Part shown: positions 1 to 9,980 of the stretch, in pieces
Layout of the letters: every line of letters starts with the position of its first letter
How positions within the stretch are numbered: position 1 is the first letter of the stretch
Source of the DNA: Clostridia bacterium
Lineage (GTDB): Bacteria; Bacillota; Clostridia; Monoglobales; Firm-18
Assembly: GCA_017646825.1 (NCBI GenBank)
Contig: JAGCLT010000045.1
Span: 1-55,046 of the forward strand
DNA length: 55,046 nucleotides
Direction: 5' to 3'
The notes under the pieces: generated by a model
Database searches by the model: none
What the model was told of the DNA's origin: nothing
Seen by the model: only the letters and a program-made list of their open reading frames with translations
Made by a program: the position numbers and the translations under genes

Positions 1-591
1 AGTAATCATAAATCCGTCCTGACGGGGAACGCCGTTTATTTTACCCCCAAGACCTACGATTATATTACGAAGTGCTCTGTCGTTCATATCAACAACTCTT
101 TTGAACACAATTGAATTTACGTCAATTTTAAGAGCATTCCCCTGATGTATGTGATTATCTATCATTGCACAAAGAAGGTTGTTTGCAGCAGAGATTGCGT
201 GCATATCACCTGTGAAATGCAGGTTAATGTCATCCATAGGAACAACCTGAGCGTAACCGCCGCCTGCGGCACCGCCTTTAACACCCATAACGGGGCCCAT
301 TGACGGCTCACGAAGTGCAATTATCGCTTTTTTACCCATTTTATGAAAGGCCTGTCCAAGACCTACTGTTGTGGTTGTTTTGCCTTCACCTGCAGGAGTA
401 GGGTTGATTGCTGTAACCAAAATTAATTTTCCGTCTTTATTATTCTGTGTTTTTTTGATAAGTTCGTCTGAAAGTTTTGCTTTGTATTTGCCGTAAAATT
501 CAAGCATATCTTTATCTATGCCGATAGTTTTTGCCACCTCTTCAATAGGTAACATTTTTGCATTCTGCGCTATTTGAATGTCAGTTAACAT
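1..591 (-). CDS. fhs: Formate--tetrahydrofolate ligase, N-terminal part (gene continues beyond the window start)
   Basis: My reverse-complement translation from the ATG at 591 reads [25 protein letters not shown]...[21 protein letters not shown]...[39 protein letters not shown]. This is the characteristic Fhs N-terminus with its P-loop. The frame is open to base 1. Confidence 0.9.
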   Translation of the reverse strand, partial: MLTDIQIAQNAKMLPIEEVAKTIGIDKDMLEFYGKYKAKLSDELIKKTQNNKDGKLILVTAINPTPAGEGKTTTTVGLGQAFHKMGKKAIIALREPSMGPVMGVKGGAAGGGYAQVVPMDDINLHFTGDMHAISAANNLLCAMIDNHIHQGNALKIDVNSIVFKRVVDMNDRALRNIIVGLGGKINGVPRQDGFMIT

Positions 592-1213
592 CTACAAATC
601 TCCCCTCATTATGTTTATTTATTTTAACCTTGCCGTTTGTGGCGTCGGTCAGTTTCTCACTAAAATCCGTAATATGATACGGAACGTAACATTTTACAGT
701 TACCTTGTCCGTGTATTGTGTTTCTCCCAAAATACAACCGTATGACATTATTTCGTTTTGTATCTTGCCAAGGAGTGTATAATCCGCATCTATTTCGTAA
801 CAGTAGCAGTACATTCTCTCTAATATTCCGCTTGTATCAACGCCCATTTTTGCAGATTTGGAATATGCACGAACGAGGCCTCCTGCACCAAGGAGTGTTC
901 CGCCGAAATACCTTGTTACTACAAGGCACACGTCAACCAAATCTTCTTTTAGTATAACGTCTAAAACTGGTACCCCTGCCGTGCCTGACGGCTCACCGTC
1001 ATCACTGTAACGCCTGATGTTATTCTCTTTTAAAACATAGGCATACACGTTATGTGTGGCGTCATAATGTTTTTTACTTATTTTTGCTATAAAGTCAAGG
1101 GCTTGTTGTTCATTTGTGACAGGACAGGCATAGCAGATAAATCTTGATTTTTTCTCGATGAACTCGCAGTTGTCCTCTTTTTTGATTGTTTTGTAATTAT
1201 ATAATATAATCAT
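581..1213 (-). CDS. YigZ / IMPACT-family protein (UPF0029)
   Basis: 210 aa ORF. It carries the KKSRFI...HNVYAY...[11 protein letters not shown] motif typical of the YigZ family. It overlaps the fhs start by 11 nt. Confidence 0.8.
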   Translation of the reverse strand: MIILYNYKTIKKEDNCEFIEKKSRFICYACPVTNEQQALDFIAKISKKHYDATHNVYAYVLKENNIRRYSDDGEPSGTAGVPVLDVILKEDLVDVCLVVTRYFGGTLLGAGGLVRAYSKSAKMGVDTSGILERMYCYCYEIDADYTLLGKIQNEIMSYGCILGETQYTDKVTVKCYVPYHITDFSEKLTDATNGKVKINKHNEGRFVDVN

Positions 1214-2456
1214 TCACCAACCTTTTTGTCTGTTGGTCTATAATAATCTCAAGTTCAGTACCCTTTTCGGTATGGTTTTCACTGAGGATTTTTGCATCTT
1301 TGTAAAGAACTGAAATTATATTTCCTTTATCATAGGGGATTAACACCTTTAGTTTCACACGCTGATAAGGTGAAATTTCTACTATTTTATTTAAAAGGCC
1401 GTCAACATTGTGACCTGTCTTTGCGCTTATTAATATGTGAGGGCTGTCGAGTCCGATAACATCGGGAGCACCTTTGTCGCACTTATTAAACACCGTAATT
1501 GTAGGCTTGTTGTCTGCTTTTAATTCTTTTAACAGTTGTTGTGCAACAGTTATATTGTTTGCCATCTCAGGAGATGTGCCGTCAACAACGTGTATTAGCA
1601 TATCCGCAACTACCGCTTCTTCAAGAGTTGATTTAAAAGCGTTTATCAAGTGGTGTGGCAGTTTCCTTATAAAGCCAACGGTATCAGTCAGTACCGCATT
1701 TGTGCCGTCAGGCAAAGTAAGTTTTCGGGAAGTGGGGTCTAAAGTTGCAAACAACTTGTCCTCAGCCAGTACCCCTGCATCAGTAAGATAATTTAAAAGA
1801 GTTGACTTTCCCGCATTGGTATAGCCAACAATGGCTATTTGCAAAACGCCCTCTTTAATACGTTTTTTACGCATTGTTTGTCTGTTTTTTTCAACTTCCG
1901 CTAATTCTTGTTTAAGTGCAGAAATTCTGTTTCTTATATGACGTCTGTCAGTTTCAAGTTTTGTTTCACCGGGGCCTCTTGTACCGATACCGCCGCCCTG
2001 ACGGGATAGATTTACAAAGGAGCCGGTAAGACGTGACAGATAATATTTTAGTTGTGCAAGTTCAACCTGAAATTTACCCTCTGCTGTTTTTGCTCGGGAA
2101 GCGAAAATATCAAGAATAAGAGAACTTCTGTCCATTACTCTGACTTCGAGAAGTTCTTCAAGATTTCGTATCTGTGTGCCTGTTAATTCGTCATCAAATA
2201 TAGCGATTTCTACGTCATTATCAAGGCAAAAAAGGCGAATATCATTCGCCTTTCCTTCTCCAATATATGTTGCGCTGTCGGGAGTTTGCTTATTTTGCAC
2301 AAAACGGCCCACACATACTGCTCCTGCGGTATGTGCAAGTAATTCCAATTCATCAAGTGATTGTTCGGTACAGTCGTTTATTTCGTCACCGTTTCCTGTG
2401 TGCACTCCGACAATTACTACAGAACTTTGTTTTTTTTCTGTGTCAAAAAGTTCCAT
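1197..2456 (-). CDS. hflX: GTPase HflX
   Basis: 419 aa. It has the HflX N-terminal domain, the G1 motif GYTNAGKSTL, DTVGF and NKCD. Confidence 0.9.
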   Translation of the reverse strand: MELFDTEKKQSSVVIVGVHTGNGDEINDCTEQSLDELELLAHTAGAVCVGRFVQNKQTPDSATYIGEGKANDIRLFCLDNDVEIAIFDDELTGTQIRNLEELLEVRVMDRSSLILDIFASRAKTAEGKFQVELAQLKYYLSRLTGSFVNLSRQGGGIGTRGPGETKLETDRRHIRNRISALKQELAEVEKNRQTMRKKRIKEGVLQIAIVGYTNAGKSTLLNYLTDAGVLAEDKLFATLDPTSRKLTLPDGTNAVLTDTVGFIRKLPHHLINAFKSTLEEAVVADMLIHVVDGTSPEMANNITVAQQLLKELKADNKPTITVFNKCDKGAPDVIGLDSPHILISAKTGHNVDGLLNKIVEISPYQRVKLKVLIPYDKGNIISVLYKDAKILSENHTEKGTELEIIIDQQTKRLVNDYII

Positions 2457-2911
2457 TAATTAAATTCCTTTTCTAATATACTCATTACTTTGTCTGCATC
2501 TGAATAATCTACAAGTACAGATATTTCCACATCTGAAGTAGTTATTAATTTTATGTGCAAATCGTTATTGCTAAGAGCAGTAAACAATTTCCCTGCAATA
2601 CCGCTTTCGGTTTTTAAAATCTCGCTGAATATTGTGATTTTGGTGTTGCCGCCGTTTATTTCTGTTACCAAACCGTCTTGGGTTTTTTTGATGTTTCCGA
2701 CTGTTGTAAGGGTTTTTGAAAGGTCGGAATTATCAATGGTAAAGGAAAGATTAATTGTGTCTTTGTAAGGTGCGGTCTGGCAAATCATATCCACATTTAT
2801 TTTGGATTCACCTACTGAGTTAAAAATATCTGCCAAAGCGTGAGCGGTATTTTTAACATTATTAATAGTTACCAGTACCACATCATCTATTCTGTTTAAG
2901 ATAAAACTCAT
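2456..2911 (-). CDS. Stand-alone tandem ACT-domain protein (resembles an aspartate kinase regulatory/beta subunit)
   Basis: 151 aa with no kinase domain. It has two ACT-like halves (GESKINVDMI... and GIAGKLFTALSNNDLHIKLITTSDVEISVLV). It sits directly downstream of dapB. Confidence 0.6.
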   Translation of the reverse strand: MSFILNRIDDVVLVTINNVKNTAHALADIFNSVGESKINVDMICQTAPYKDTINLSFTIDNSDLSKTLTTVGNIKKTQDGLVTEINGGNTKITIFSEILKTESGIAGKLFTALSNNDLHIKLITTSDVEISVLVDYSDADKVMSILEKEFN

Positions 2912-2915
2912 AAAA

Positions 2916-3671
2916 TCACCCGTTAATCAAGTCTGTCATACTGTAAAGTCCGTTTGGTTTATTGTATAAAAACTTTGCGGCTTTTACAGCGCCTACTGCA
3001 AATACTTCTTTAGAGGTTGCCTGATGCTTTATTTCAACAACCTCGTCTGTTCCTGCAAAAATTACAGAGTGTTCGCCTACGATGTTTCCTCCGCGAACTG
3101 CGTGGATACCAATTTCTTTAGCACCGCGTTTTTTCCTTACGGAATGTCTGTCGTAAACATATTCAGTTTCAAAATCTACTGATTTTGAAATGGCGTCTGC
3201 AATAGCAAGAGCAGTACCGCTTGGTGCATCAATTTTCTGATTGTGGTGTTTTTCTATTATTTCAATATCAAAGTTTTCCTGCAAAAGTTTTGACGCTTGG
3301 GAAACAAGGTTAATAATTAAGTTTACACCAAGGGACATATTTGCAGAGAAAAACAACGGAACATCTTTTGAACAATTTTCTATGTTTGAAAGTTGTTCTT
3401 TTGCAAGACCTGTAGTTGCAATAACTGCAGGTGTTTTTGTTTTTACCGCATAAGAAATAACAGAGTCGGTACATGAGGGATGAGAAAAATCAATGATTAC
3501 ATCGGCTTTTCCGTTATATTCATCGCAATTTTTAAAAACGGGATACTGGAAAACCTGATTTGTATTTATATCAATACCGCAAACGATTTCGCAGTCTTTT
3601 TGATTTTCAACTAATTTGCTTATGGCATATCCCATTTTACCGTTACAGCCACATAACATTATTTTTATCAT
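2916..3671 (-). CDS. dapB: 4-hydroxy-tetrahydrodipicolinate reductase
   Basis: 251 aa. The N-terminal Rossmann motif is GCNGKMG, followed by the EKHHNQKIDAPSGTA signature of DapB. Confidence 0.9.
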   Translation of the reverse strand: MIKIMLCGCNGKMGYAISKLVENQKDCEIVCGIDINTNQVFQYPVFKNCDEYNGKADVIIDFSHPSCTDSVISYAVKTKTPAVIATTGLAKEQLSNIENCSKDVPLFFSANMSLGVNLIINLVSQASKLLQENFDIEIIEKHHNQKIDAPSGTALAIADAISKSVDFETEYVYDRHSVRKKRGAKEIGIHAVRGGNIVGEHSVIFAGTDEVVEIKHQATSKEVFAVGAVKAAKFLYNKPNGLYSMTDLING

Positions 3672-3685
3672 CTGTTATACCTCAC

Positions 3686-4570
3686 TTATATTAAACCGAA
3701 ATGTCTTAACTGTTCTTTTAAAAATTCTAAGTTTTTCTCTTCCATATCGTATAAAGGAAGACGAAGAGGACCTACATTCATGCCCATTAAATTCATAGCA
3801 GTTTTAACGGGAATGGGGTTTACTTCAATAAACAATGCTTTAACAAGGTCTAAAACTTTAAGTTGCAGTGCTGAGCTTTCATCAGTTTTCTTGTCAAAGA
3901 AAAGTTGACAGATGTTATGTGTGTCCTGAGGCAAAACATTTGCAAGAACTGAAATAACACCTTTGCAACCCATAGCAAGCATAGGAACAATCATATCGTC
4001 GTTTCCGATATACATATCAATTTCGTCTCCGCATTCTTTCATTACTTCCATAGCATAAGATATGTTACCGCTTGCTTCTTTAAGTCCTACAATGTTTTTG
4101 TGTTTTGCAAGTTCTTTCATACATGATACTGATATATTAAGACCAGTTCTTGATGGAACGTTATAAAGTATCATGGGAATATTTACTGCATCTGCTACAA
4201 TTTCAAAGTGTTTTTGCAAACCCTTCTGAGAAGTTTTGTTATAGTATGGAGTAACAAGCAAAAGTGCATCAGCACCCAGTTTTTCAGCTTGAACCGAAAG
4301 GTTTGTGCAGTGTCTTGTGTCGTTACCGCCTGTACCTGCAATTAAAGGTACTCTTTTATTTACTTTTTTAACTGCATATTCTATAACACTTAAATGCTCT
4401 TCGTCAGGCATTGTTGCAGGTTCACCTGTTGTACCGCACACAACAATTGCATCTGTGCCGTTATCAATATGCCATTCTATCAGTTCGCCAAGTTTTTGGA
4501 AGTCAACGCCGTTCTCGTTAAAAGGTGTTACCAAAGCAACGGCTGAACCGGTAAAAACTGTGTTTTTCAT
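3686..4570 (-). CDS. dapA: 4-hydroxy-tetrahydrodipicolinate synthase
   Basis: 294 aa. Motifs are GSAVALVTPF, VCGTTGE, the YYNK active-site region and GLKEASG. Confidence 0.92.
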   Translation of the reverse strand: MKNTVFTGSAVALVTPFNENGVDFQKLGELIEWHIDNGTDAIVVCGTTGEPATMPDEEHLSVIEYAVKKVNKRVPLIAGTGGNDTRHCTNLSVQAEKLGADALLLVTPYYNKTSQKGLQKHFEIVADAVNIPMILYNVPSRTGLNISVSCMKELAKHKNIVGLKEASGNISYAMEVMKECGDEIDMYIGNDDMIVPMLAMGCKGVISVLANVLPQDTHNICQLFFDKKTDESSALQLKVLDLVKALFIEVNPIPVKTAMNLMGMNVGPLRLPLYDMEEKNLEFLKEQLRHFGLI

Positions 4571-4594
4571 AAAACCATCCCTTTCAAAAAAACA

Positions 4595-5587
4595 TTAGTT
4601 TTTGTTCATAATTTTTTCTGCAATCTGTACTGCGTTTGTTGCCGCACCTTTTCTTATGTTATCTGCAACTACCCACAAGTTAAGTCCGTTGTCAACACTT
4701 TCGTCACGTCTTATTCTGCCTACATAAGTAGCATCTGTTCCTGTTGCTGTAATAGCCATAGGATAAATGTTGTTTTTAACATCGTCCTGTACTACGATAC
4801 CTTCTGAATTTCTTAACAACTCAAATACTTCATCCAATTCGAATGGTTTCTTAAGTTCTACGTTGATTGATTCACTGTGGCTGTTAAATACCGGTACTCT
4901 TACTGTTGTTGCTGTGATTCTGATTTCATCGTCACCTAAGATTTTTCTTGTTTCGTTAACCATTTTCATTTCTTCTTTTGTGTAACCGTTGTCACAGAAT
5001 ACGTCAATGTGAGGAAGACAGTTACCTGCAATAGGATAAGGGAATTTTTTTGGTGCTTCGCCTTTTAAACCGTTTTCCAGATCCTGATATCCTGCAAGAC
5101 CCGCACCAGATACTGCCTGATATGTTGAATAAACAACTCTTTTAATTCCGTATTTTCTGTGTAGAGGAGCAAGTGCAACCATAGCCTGAATTGTTGAACA
5201 GTTGGGGTTTGCAATAATACCGTTGTTCCATTCAATATCCTGGGGGTTAACTTCGGGAACTACCAAAGGAACTTTGGGGTCCATTCTCCACGCACTGCTG
5301 TTGTCAATTACGATACAACCTTTACTTGCTGCAATAGGAGCAAATTTTTCTGAAGTACTGCCACCTGCAGAGAATAATGCAATATCAATACCTCTGTCAA
5401 ATGAATTTTCAGTTAATTCTTCAACAACATATTCTTTACCCATAAATTTTATTTTAGAACCTGCTGAACGGGCAGATGAAAACAAATAGTAATTCTCTAC
5501 CGGCAGATTTTTCTCTTCCAACACTTTTAAGAATGTTCTTCCAACCATTCCTGTTGCGCCTACAACTGCAACATTATACTTTTTCAT
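4595..5587 (-). CDS. asd: Aspartate-semialdehyde dehydrogenase
   Basis: MKKYNVAVVGATGMVG..., the NPNCSTI active site and the SGAG motif. I prefer the ATG at 5587, which is preceded by GGAGGA. The ORF-track start at 5632 lies upstream of the predicted promoter -10. Confidence 0.92.
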   Translation of the reverse strand: MKKYNVAVVGATGMVGRTFLKVLEEKNLPVENYYLFSSARSAGSKIKFMGKEYVVEELTENSFDRGIDIALFSAGGSTSEKFAPIAASKGCIVIDNSSAWRMDPKVPLVVPEVNPQDIEWNNGIIANPNCSTIQAMVALAPLHRKYGIKRVVYSTYQAVSGAGLAGYQDLENGLKGEAPKKFPYPIAGNCLPHIDVFCDNGYTKEEMKMVNETRKILGDDEIRITATTVRVPVFNSHSESINVELKKPFELDEVFELLRNSEGIVVQDDVKNNIYPMAITATGTDATYVGRIRRDESVDNGLNLWVVADNIRKGAATNAVQIAEKIMNKN

Positions 5588-5622
5588 TACATATTCCTCC
5601 AAACTAATTTTTTCATACTTAT

Positions 5623-5651
5623 ATATTACCATTTTTCGCTTTTTATGTCAA
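5623..5651 (-). promoter_or_regulatory. Sigma-A-type promoter for the asd-dap operon
   Basis: On the minus strand: TTGACA (5651-5646), 17-nt spacer, TGgTAATAT (-10 at 5628-5623). Confidence 0.5.
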
Positions 5652-5722
5652 ATGTTTTTGTCATAAAATTGTAAGTAGATTTTTGTAAATTTTTGTGCTA
5701 TAATGATAAATAGGTGATTTTG

Positions 5723-6907
5723 ATGAAAAAATTAATGTTGATATTTACTATAATTTGTATTTGTTTTACCGTAAATGTATATGCGGAAGAAGATGTCATT
5801 ATTCGCGTAGGACTTTATTACGGCTCAAGTGCAAAAGACTCCGTGGAAATTAATGTTGACGGAGAAATTACTACATACTATCCCGACGATATAGACGGAC
5901 AAGTTGATATTGTGCCCGAGGAATTTGTAAAAGTAAACACCTCTCAGTATCGCGGTTCTATCCGCCTTGTACGAAATTCAGACAACAAAATAAACATAAT
6001 CAATGTTGTTGATATTGAGGACTATTTAGCGTCAGTTATTTCCAAGGAAATGTCACCGTATTTTGAAGAAGAAGCATTAAAGGCCCAGGCGGTTGCTTCA
6101 AGAACTTACGCTATGGCTCACCTTAACAAACATAAAAACGACGGATTTGATGTGTGTCAGTACATACACTGTCAGGTATATGGCGGAGTTTCAATGGAGA
6201 ACCCGAAAACCACCAAAGCGGTTGATGACACAAAAGGACAGGTTATTAAATACGACGGACAACTTATAAGTGCCGTTTATTCCGCATCAAGCGGAGGTTA
6301 TACGGAAAGTGCGGTAAACGTGTGGGGGAACGATATCCCCTATTTACAGGCAGTTTCCGACGAGCATGAGGAAGAAGATGTATTCGGACACAAGTGGACT
6401 TACGAACTTACTGTTTCAAAAGCCACGGAAATTATGGAGAGTAAGGGCTACGAAATCGGCACAGTTACTGACATAGTGATAAACGAAACAACAGAGCGCG
6501 GTGTCGTGACAAAAATGACGATTAAAGGCACAAAAGGCGAAAAAGTGTTTAAAAAGGAAAGTTGCAGAGGAGTTTTTCCTAATCACACCATAAGCCAGGC
6601 GTTTACAGTTACGCCTGTTGGTGAAAATACTACCATATACACAACCTCTGGAGTAGCTAATAAAAGCGAGATGTATATTTTGTCAGCGAATGGATTAAGC
6701 AAAAGCATTTTAAACTCAGTATCTTTCCTTGACAAAAAAGGAGTTCATTCTGTGCCACAAACCAATTATACTAAATTTGTGTTCGAGGGAAGAGGATACG
6801 GGCATCTGGTAGGAATGAGCCAGAATGGTGCGAACGGAATGGCAAAACAGGGTTACGATTACGTACAGATACTTACACATTATTATCAAGGGACTGAAAT
6901 AGATTGA
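5723..6907 (+). CDS. spoIID: Stage II sporulation protein D (SpoIID/LytB-domain lytic transglycosylase)
   Basis: Signal peptide [21 protein letters not shown]. SpoIID motifs are [28 protein letters not shown] and [11 protein letters not shown]. The ORF track starts 9 nt earlier at a GTG (5714). Confidence 0.85.
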   Translation: MKKLMLIFTIICICFTVNVYAEEDVIIRVGLYYGSSAKDSVEINVDGEITTYYPDDIDGQVDIVPEEFVKVNTSQYRGSIRLVRNSDNKINIINVVDIEDYLASVISKEMSPYFEEEALKAQAVASRTYAMAHLNKHKNDGFDVCQYIHCQVYGGVSMENPKTTKAVDDTKGQVIKYDGQLISAVYSASSGGYTESAVNVWGNDIPYLQAVSDEHEEEDVFGHKWTYELTVSKATEIMESKGYEIGTVTDIVINETTERGVVTKMTIKGTKGEKVFKKESCRGVFPNHTISQAFTVTPVGENTTIYTTSGVANKSEMYILSANGLSKSILNSVSFLDKKGVHSVPQTNYTKFVFEGRGYGHLVGMSQNGANGMAKQGYDYVQILTHYYQGTEID

Positions 6908-7926
6908 AATTAAGTGAATTTGATTACCAATTACCACAGGAACTGATTGCACAAAAACCATTACAGCAAAGAGACAGTTCCAGAATGCTTGTTATGGACA
7001 AAAACACAGGGGAACTTACCCACAGGCATTTTTACGATATTTTAGAATATTTAAACGAGGGCGACTGTCTTATATTAAACAACAGCCGTGTTATTCCTGC
7101 ACGTCTTTTCGGGGTAAGAGAGGACACAGGATCACCCATTGAGTTTCTACTGTTAAGCAGAAAAGAAACAGATGTATGGGAAGTAATATTAAAACCGGGT
7201 AAGAAAGCTAAAATAGGAAAAAGATTTGTATTTGGTGAGGGAAAACTGAAAGCGGAAGTTATAGATATTGTAAACGACGGAAACAGACTTGTAAGATTTG
7301 AATACGAAGGTCTTTACGAAAATATAATTGACGAAATAGGCGAAATGCCCCTGCCACCATATATAAAAGAGAAGTTGCAGGATAAGGAACGCTACCAGAC
7401 TGTTTATTCCAAAATTGACGGTTCTTCTGCAGCACCTACGGCAGGTCTTCATTTTACCGAAGCATTACTGGAAAAAGCAAAACAAAAAGGTGTAAATGTT
7501 GGTTTTGTGACTTTGCACGTTGGTCTTGGAACATTCAGACCTGTTAAAGAAGATGTTGTTGAAAATCACAAAATGCACAGCGAGTTTTATGAACTGTCTC
7601 AGGAAACGGCAGACTTGATTAACAATACTAAAAAAAGCGGAAACAAAGTTGTTGCGGTGGGCACCACTACCTGCAGAACTCTGGAAACTGTTGCACAAAA
7701 AGGTGAACTTAAAGCAAGTACGGGGTGGACTGATATTTTCATTTACCCGCCTTATGAATTTAAAGTAATTGACAGGCTGATTACCAATTTTCACCTGCCT
7801 CAGTCAACGTTGCTTATGCTTATAAGTGCATTTGCGGGAAAAGAAAACGTGTTTAATGCCTACGAAGAAGCGATTAAAGAACAATACCGTTTCTTTAGTT
7901 TCGGCGATGCTATGTTTATTATGTAA
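6904..7926 (+). CDS. queA: S-adenosylmethionine:tRNA ribosyltransferase-isomerase
   Basis: [20 protein letters not shown]..., PLPPYI, TAGLHFT and [10 protein letters not shown]. The TTG start overlaps the spoIID stop. Confidence 0.92.
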   Translation: MKLSEFDYQLPQELIAQKPLQQRDSSRMLVMDKNTGELTHRHFYDILEYLNEGDCLILNNSRVIPARLFGVREDTGSPIEFLLLSRKETDVWEVILKPGKKAKIGKRFVFGEGKLKAEVIDIVNDGNRLVRFEYEGLYENIIDEIGEMPLPPYIKEKLQDKERYQTVYSKIDGSSAAPTAGLHFTEALLEKAKQKGVNVGFVTLHVGLGTFRPVKEDVVENHKMHSEFYELSQETADLINNTKKSGNKVVAVGTTTCRTLETVAQKGELKASTGWTDIFIYPPYEFKVIDRLITNFHLPQSTLLMLISAFAGKENVFNAYEEAIKEQYRFFSFGDAMFIM

Positions 7927-7937
7927 AGGAGCAAATT

Positions 7938-9068
7938 ATGTTCAAGTTACACACAAAAGAAAATAATGCAAGACGTGGAGAATTTGTTACTCCTCACGGC
8001 ACTGTCCAGACTCCTGTATTTATGAATGTAGGAACTGTAGGGGCAATAAAAGGTGCAGTATCGTCCCTTGACCTTAATGATTTAAAGTGTCAGGTGGAGT
8101 TATGTAACACATATCATCTGCATTTGCGTCCCGGGGACAAAACCGTTAAGGAATTAGGGGGACTTCACAAGTTTATGAACTGGCAAAAACCCATACTTAC
8201 CGACAGCGGCGGTTTTCAGGTGTTTTCCCTTTCAAACTTAAGAAAAATAAAAGAAGAGGGAGTATATTTTGCATCTCATATTGACGGACACAAGATTTTT
8301 ATGGGTCCCGAAGAAAGTATGCAAATTCAGAGCAATCTTGCCTCAACCATTGCTATGGCATTTGACGAGTGTGTTGAAAACACGTCGCCTTACGACTACG
8401 TTTCTGCATCTGCCAACAGAACTGTAAGATGGCTTGAAAGATGTATAAAAGAAATGAAAAGGCTTAACTCTCTTGATGATACTATTAACAAACAGCAAAT
8501 GCTTTTTGGCATAAATCAGGGTGGAACGTACAAAGATTTGCGAGTAGATAATATGAAAAAAATTGCAGACCTTGACTGTAACGGCTTTGCAATCGGCGGT
8601 CTTGCGGTGGGAGAGTCAACAGAGGTAATGTATGACATTATTGAAACCGTTGAGCCTTATATGCCAAAAGATAAGCCAAGATATTTAATGGGCGTGGGCA
8701 CTCCTGCAAATATTTTAGAAGCAGTTGACAGAGGTGTTGATTTCTTCGACTGCGTTATGCCAAGCAGAAATGCACGTCACGGATGTCTTTTTACATCTAA
8801 AGGAATAATAAATATAAACAACAGCAAGTACGAAAAAGACGACAGTCCCATAGACGAAAACTGTGATTGTCCTACCTGTCGTAATCATTCAAAGGCATAT
8901 TTAAGGCATTTGTTAAAAGCAAACGAAATGCTTGGTATGCGACTTGCGGTAATGCACAATCTTTATTTCTACAACAATATGATGGAGGAAATAAGAAACG
9001 CCCTTGACAATGGCAATTTTGCAACTTATAAAAAGGAAAAACTGGAAACAGTAAGCACCAGAATATAA
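7938..9068 (+). CDS. tgt: Queuine tRNA-ribosyltransferase
   Basis: 376 aa. Motifs are TDSGGFQV, GLAVGE and the zinc site CDCPTC...H. Confidence 0.95.
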   Translation: MFKLHTKENNARRGEFVTPHGTVQTPVFMNVGTVGAIKGAVSSLDLNDLKCQVELCNTYHLHLRPGDKTVKELGGLHKFMNWQKPILTDSGGFQVFSLSNLRKIKEEGVYFASHIDGHKIFMGPEESMQIQSNLASTIAMAFDECVENTSPYDYVSASANRTVRWLERCIKEMKRLNSLDDTINKQQMLFGINQGGTYKDLRVDNMKKIADLDCNGFAIGGLAVGESTEVMYDIIETVEPYMPKDKPRYLMGVGTPANILEAVDRGVDFFDCVMPSRNARHGCLFTSKGIININNSKYEKDDSPIDENCDCPTCRNHSKAYLRHLLKANEMLGMRLAVMHNLYFYNNMMEEIRNALDNGNFATYKKEKLETVSTRI

Positions 9069-9102
9069 AAAATAAACCTCTCGAAAGAGAGGTTTATTTT
9101 TT
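9067..9102. terminator. Bidirectional intrinsic terminator between convergent tgt and the radical SAM gene
   Basis: AAACCTCTC-GAAA-GAGAGGTTT (9074-9095) forms a 9-bp stem with a GAAA loop. An A-run lies 5' and ATTTTTT lies 3'. Confidence 0.75.
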
Positions 9103-9979
9103 ATATTCCTGTTAAATCAAATGGTGGTGTATATATTTTTTTGGCACTTTTCTTGTCTTGCATATAACTGTCTGCAAAGCCCAAATCAAGAGCTTCGTCA
9201 ATAACTCTGTTGTATTCAAGACTTGTGATTTTTCTGTTTAGTTCTTTAAATGGCAATTCTTTATAAGGAGTATATTGGCTCATAATACTTAATATAAACT
9301 TGCCTGTGCCGTAACGTTGTTTTAAAAATCTTAAAAGATTTATACTGTCATCTTTGTGGCCCGGTAAAACCATGTGTCGCACAATTACCCCTGATTTTAA
9401 AAGTCCGTTTTGGTCTTTTACAGGCTTTGGTTTTTGCGTAAGCATTTCGTCAAGGGCAGAAATTGCAATTTCAAAATAGTCTTTTGCATTACTGTATTTT
9501 TCTGCCAACGAATTATCATAATACTTAATGTCTGTTAAATAAACGTCAACATAATTCTTGGCATACTTTAACGAGGACACTTTTTCATACCCACCGCAGT
9601 TATACACAACGGGAATTTGCAGTTTATCTTTTACAAGGTCCAATGCTTTTGCTATCTGCAAGAGATAGTGGGAGGGAGTAACAAGGTTAATGTTGTGTGC
9701 CTTGTTTTCCTGCAATTTAATAAATATATCTGCCAATTCTTTTACGGTTATTTCTTTGCCGAAAAGATGGTGGCTTATTTTTTCGTTCTGGCAGTAACAA
9801 CAACGAAGATTGCACCCCGAAAAGAATACTGTTCCGCTGCCGTTTGTTCCGCTTATGCAGGGTTCTTCCCACAAGTGTAGAGATGCTCTTGCAACTTTTA
9901 CAGTATTTGCAGTACCGCAAAAACCCACGGTTTCATCTCTATTAATATTGCAATTTCTCGGACATATATTACAGTTCAT
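9101..9979 (-). CDS. Radical SAM protein, PflX-like (homologue of pyruvate formate-lyase activating enzymes)
   Basis: 292 aa. It has an N-terminal Cys cluster (CNICPRNCNINR...C) plus a CNLRCCYCQN radical-SAM CxxxCxxC motif. Confidence 0.75.
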   Translation of the reverse strand: MNCNICPRNCNINRDETVGFCGTANTVKVARASLHLWEEPCISGTNGSGTVFFSGCNLRCCYCQNEKISHHLFGKEITVKELADIFIKLQENKAHNINLVTPSHYLLQIAKALDLVKDKLQIPVVYNCGGYEKVSSLKYAKNYVDVYLTDIKYYDNSLAEKYSNAKDYFEIAISALDEMLTQKPKPVKDQNGLLKSGVIVRHMVLPGHKDDSINLLRFLKQRYGTGKFILSIMSQYTPYKELPFKELNRKITSLEYNRVIDEALDLGFADSYMQDKKSAKKIYTPPFDLTGI

Positions 9980-9980
9980 A

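Noticed and set aside
5588-5722. Looked for a lysine (L-box) riboswitch ahead of the asd-dapA-dapB operon.
   Set aside because: Only about 130 nt, very AT-rich, lie between the divergent asd and spoIID starts. Most of that is taken up by promoter elements. There is no room for a ~180-nt L-box and no conserved G+C-rich helices.
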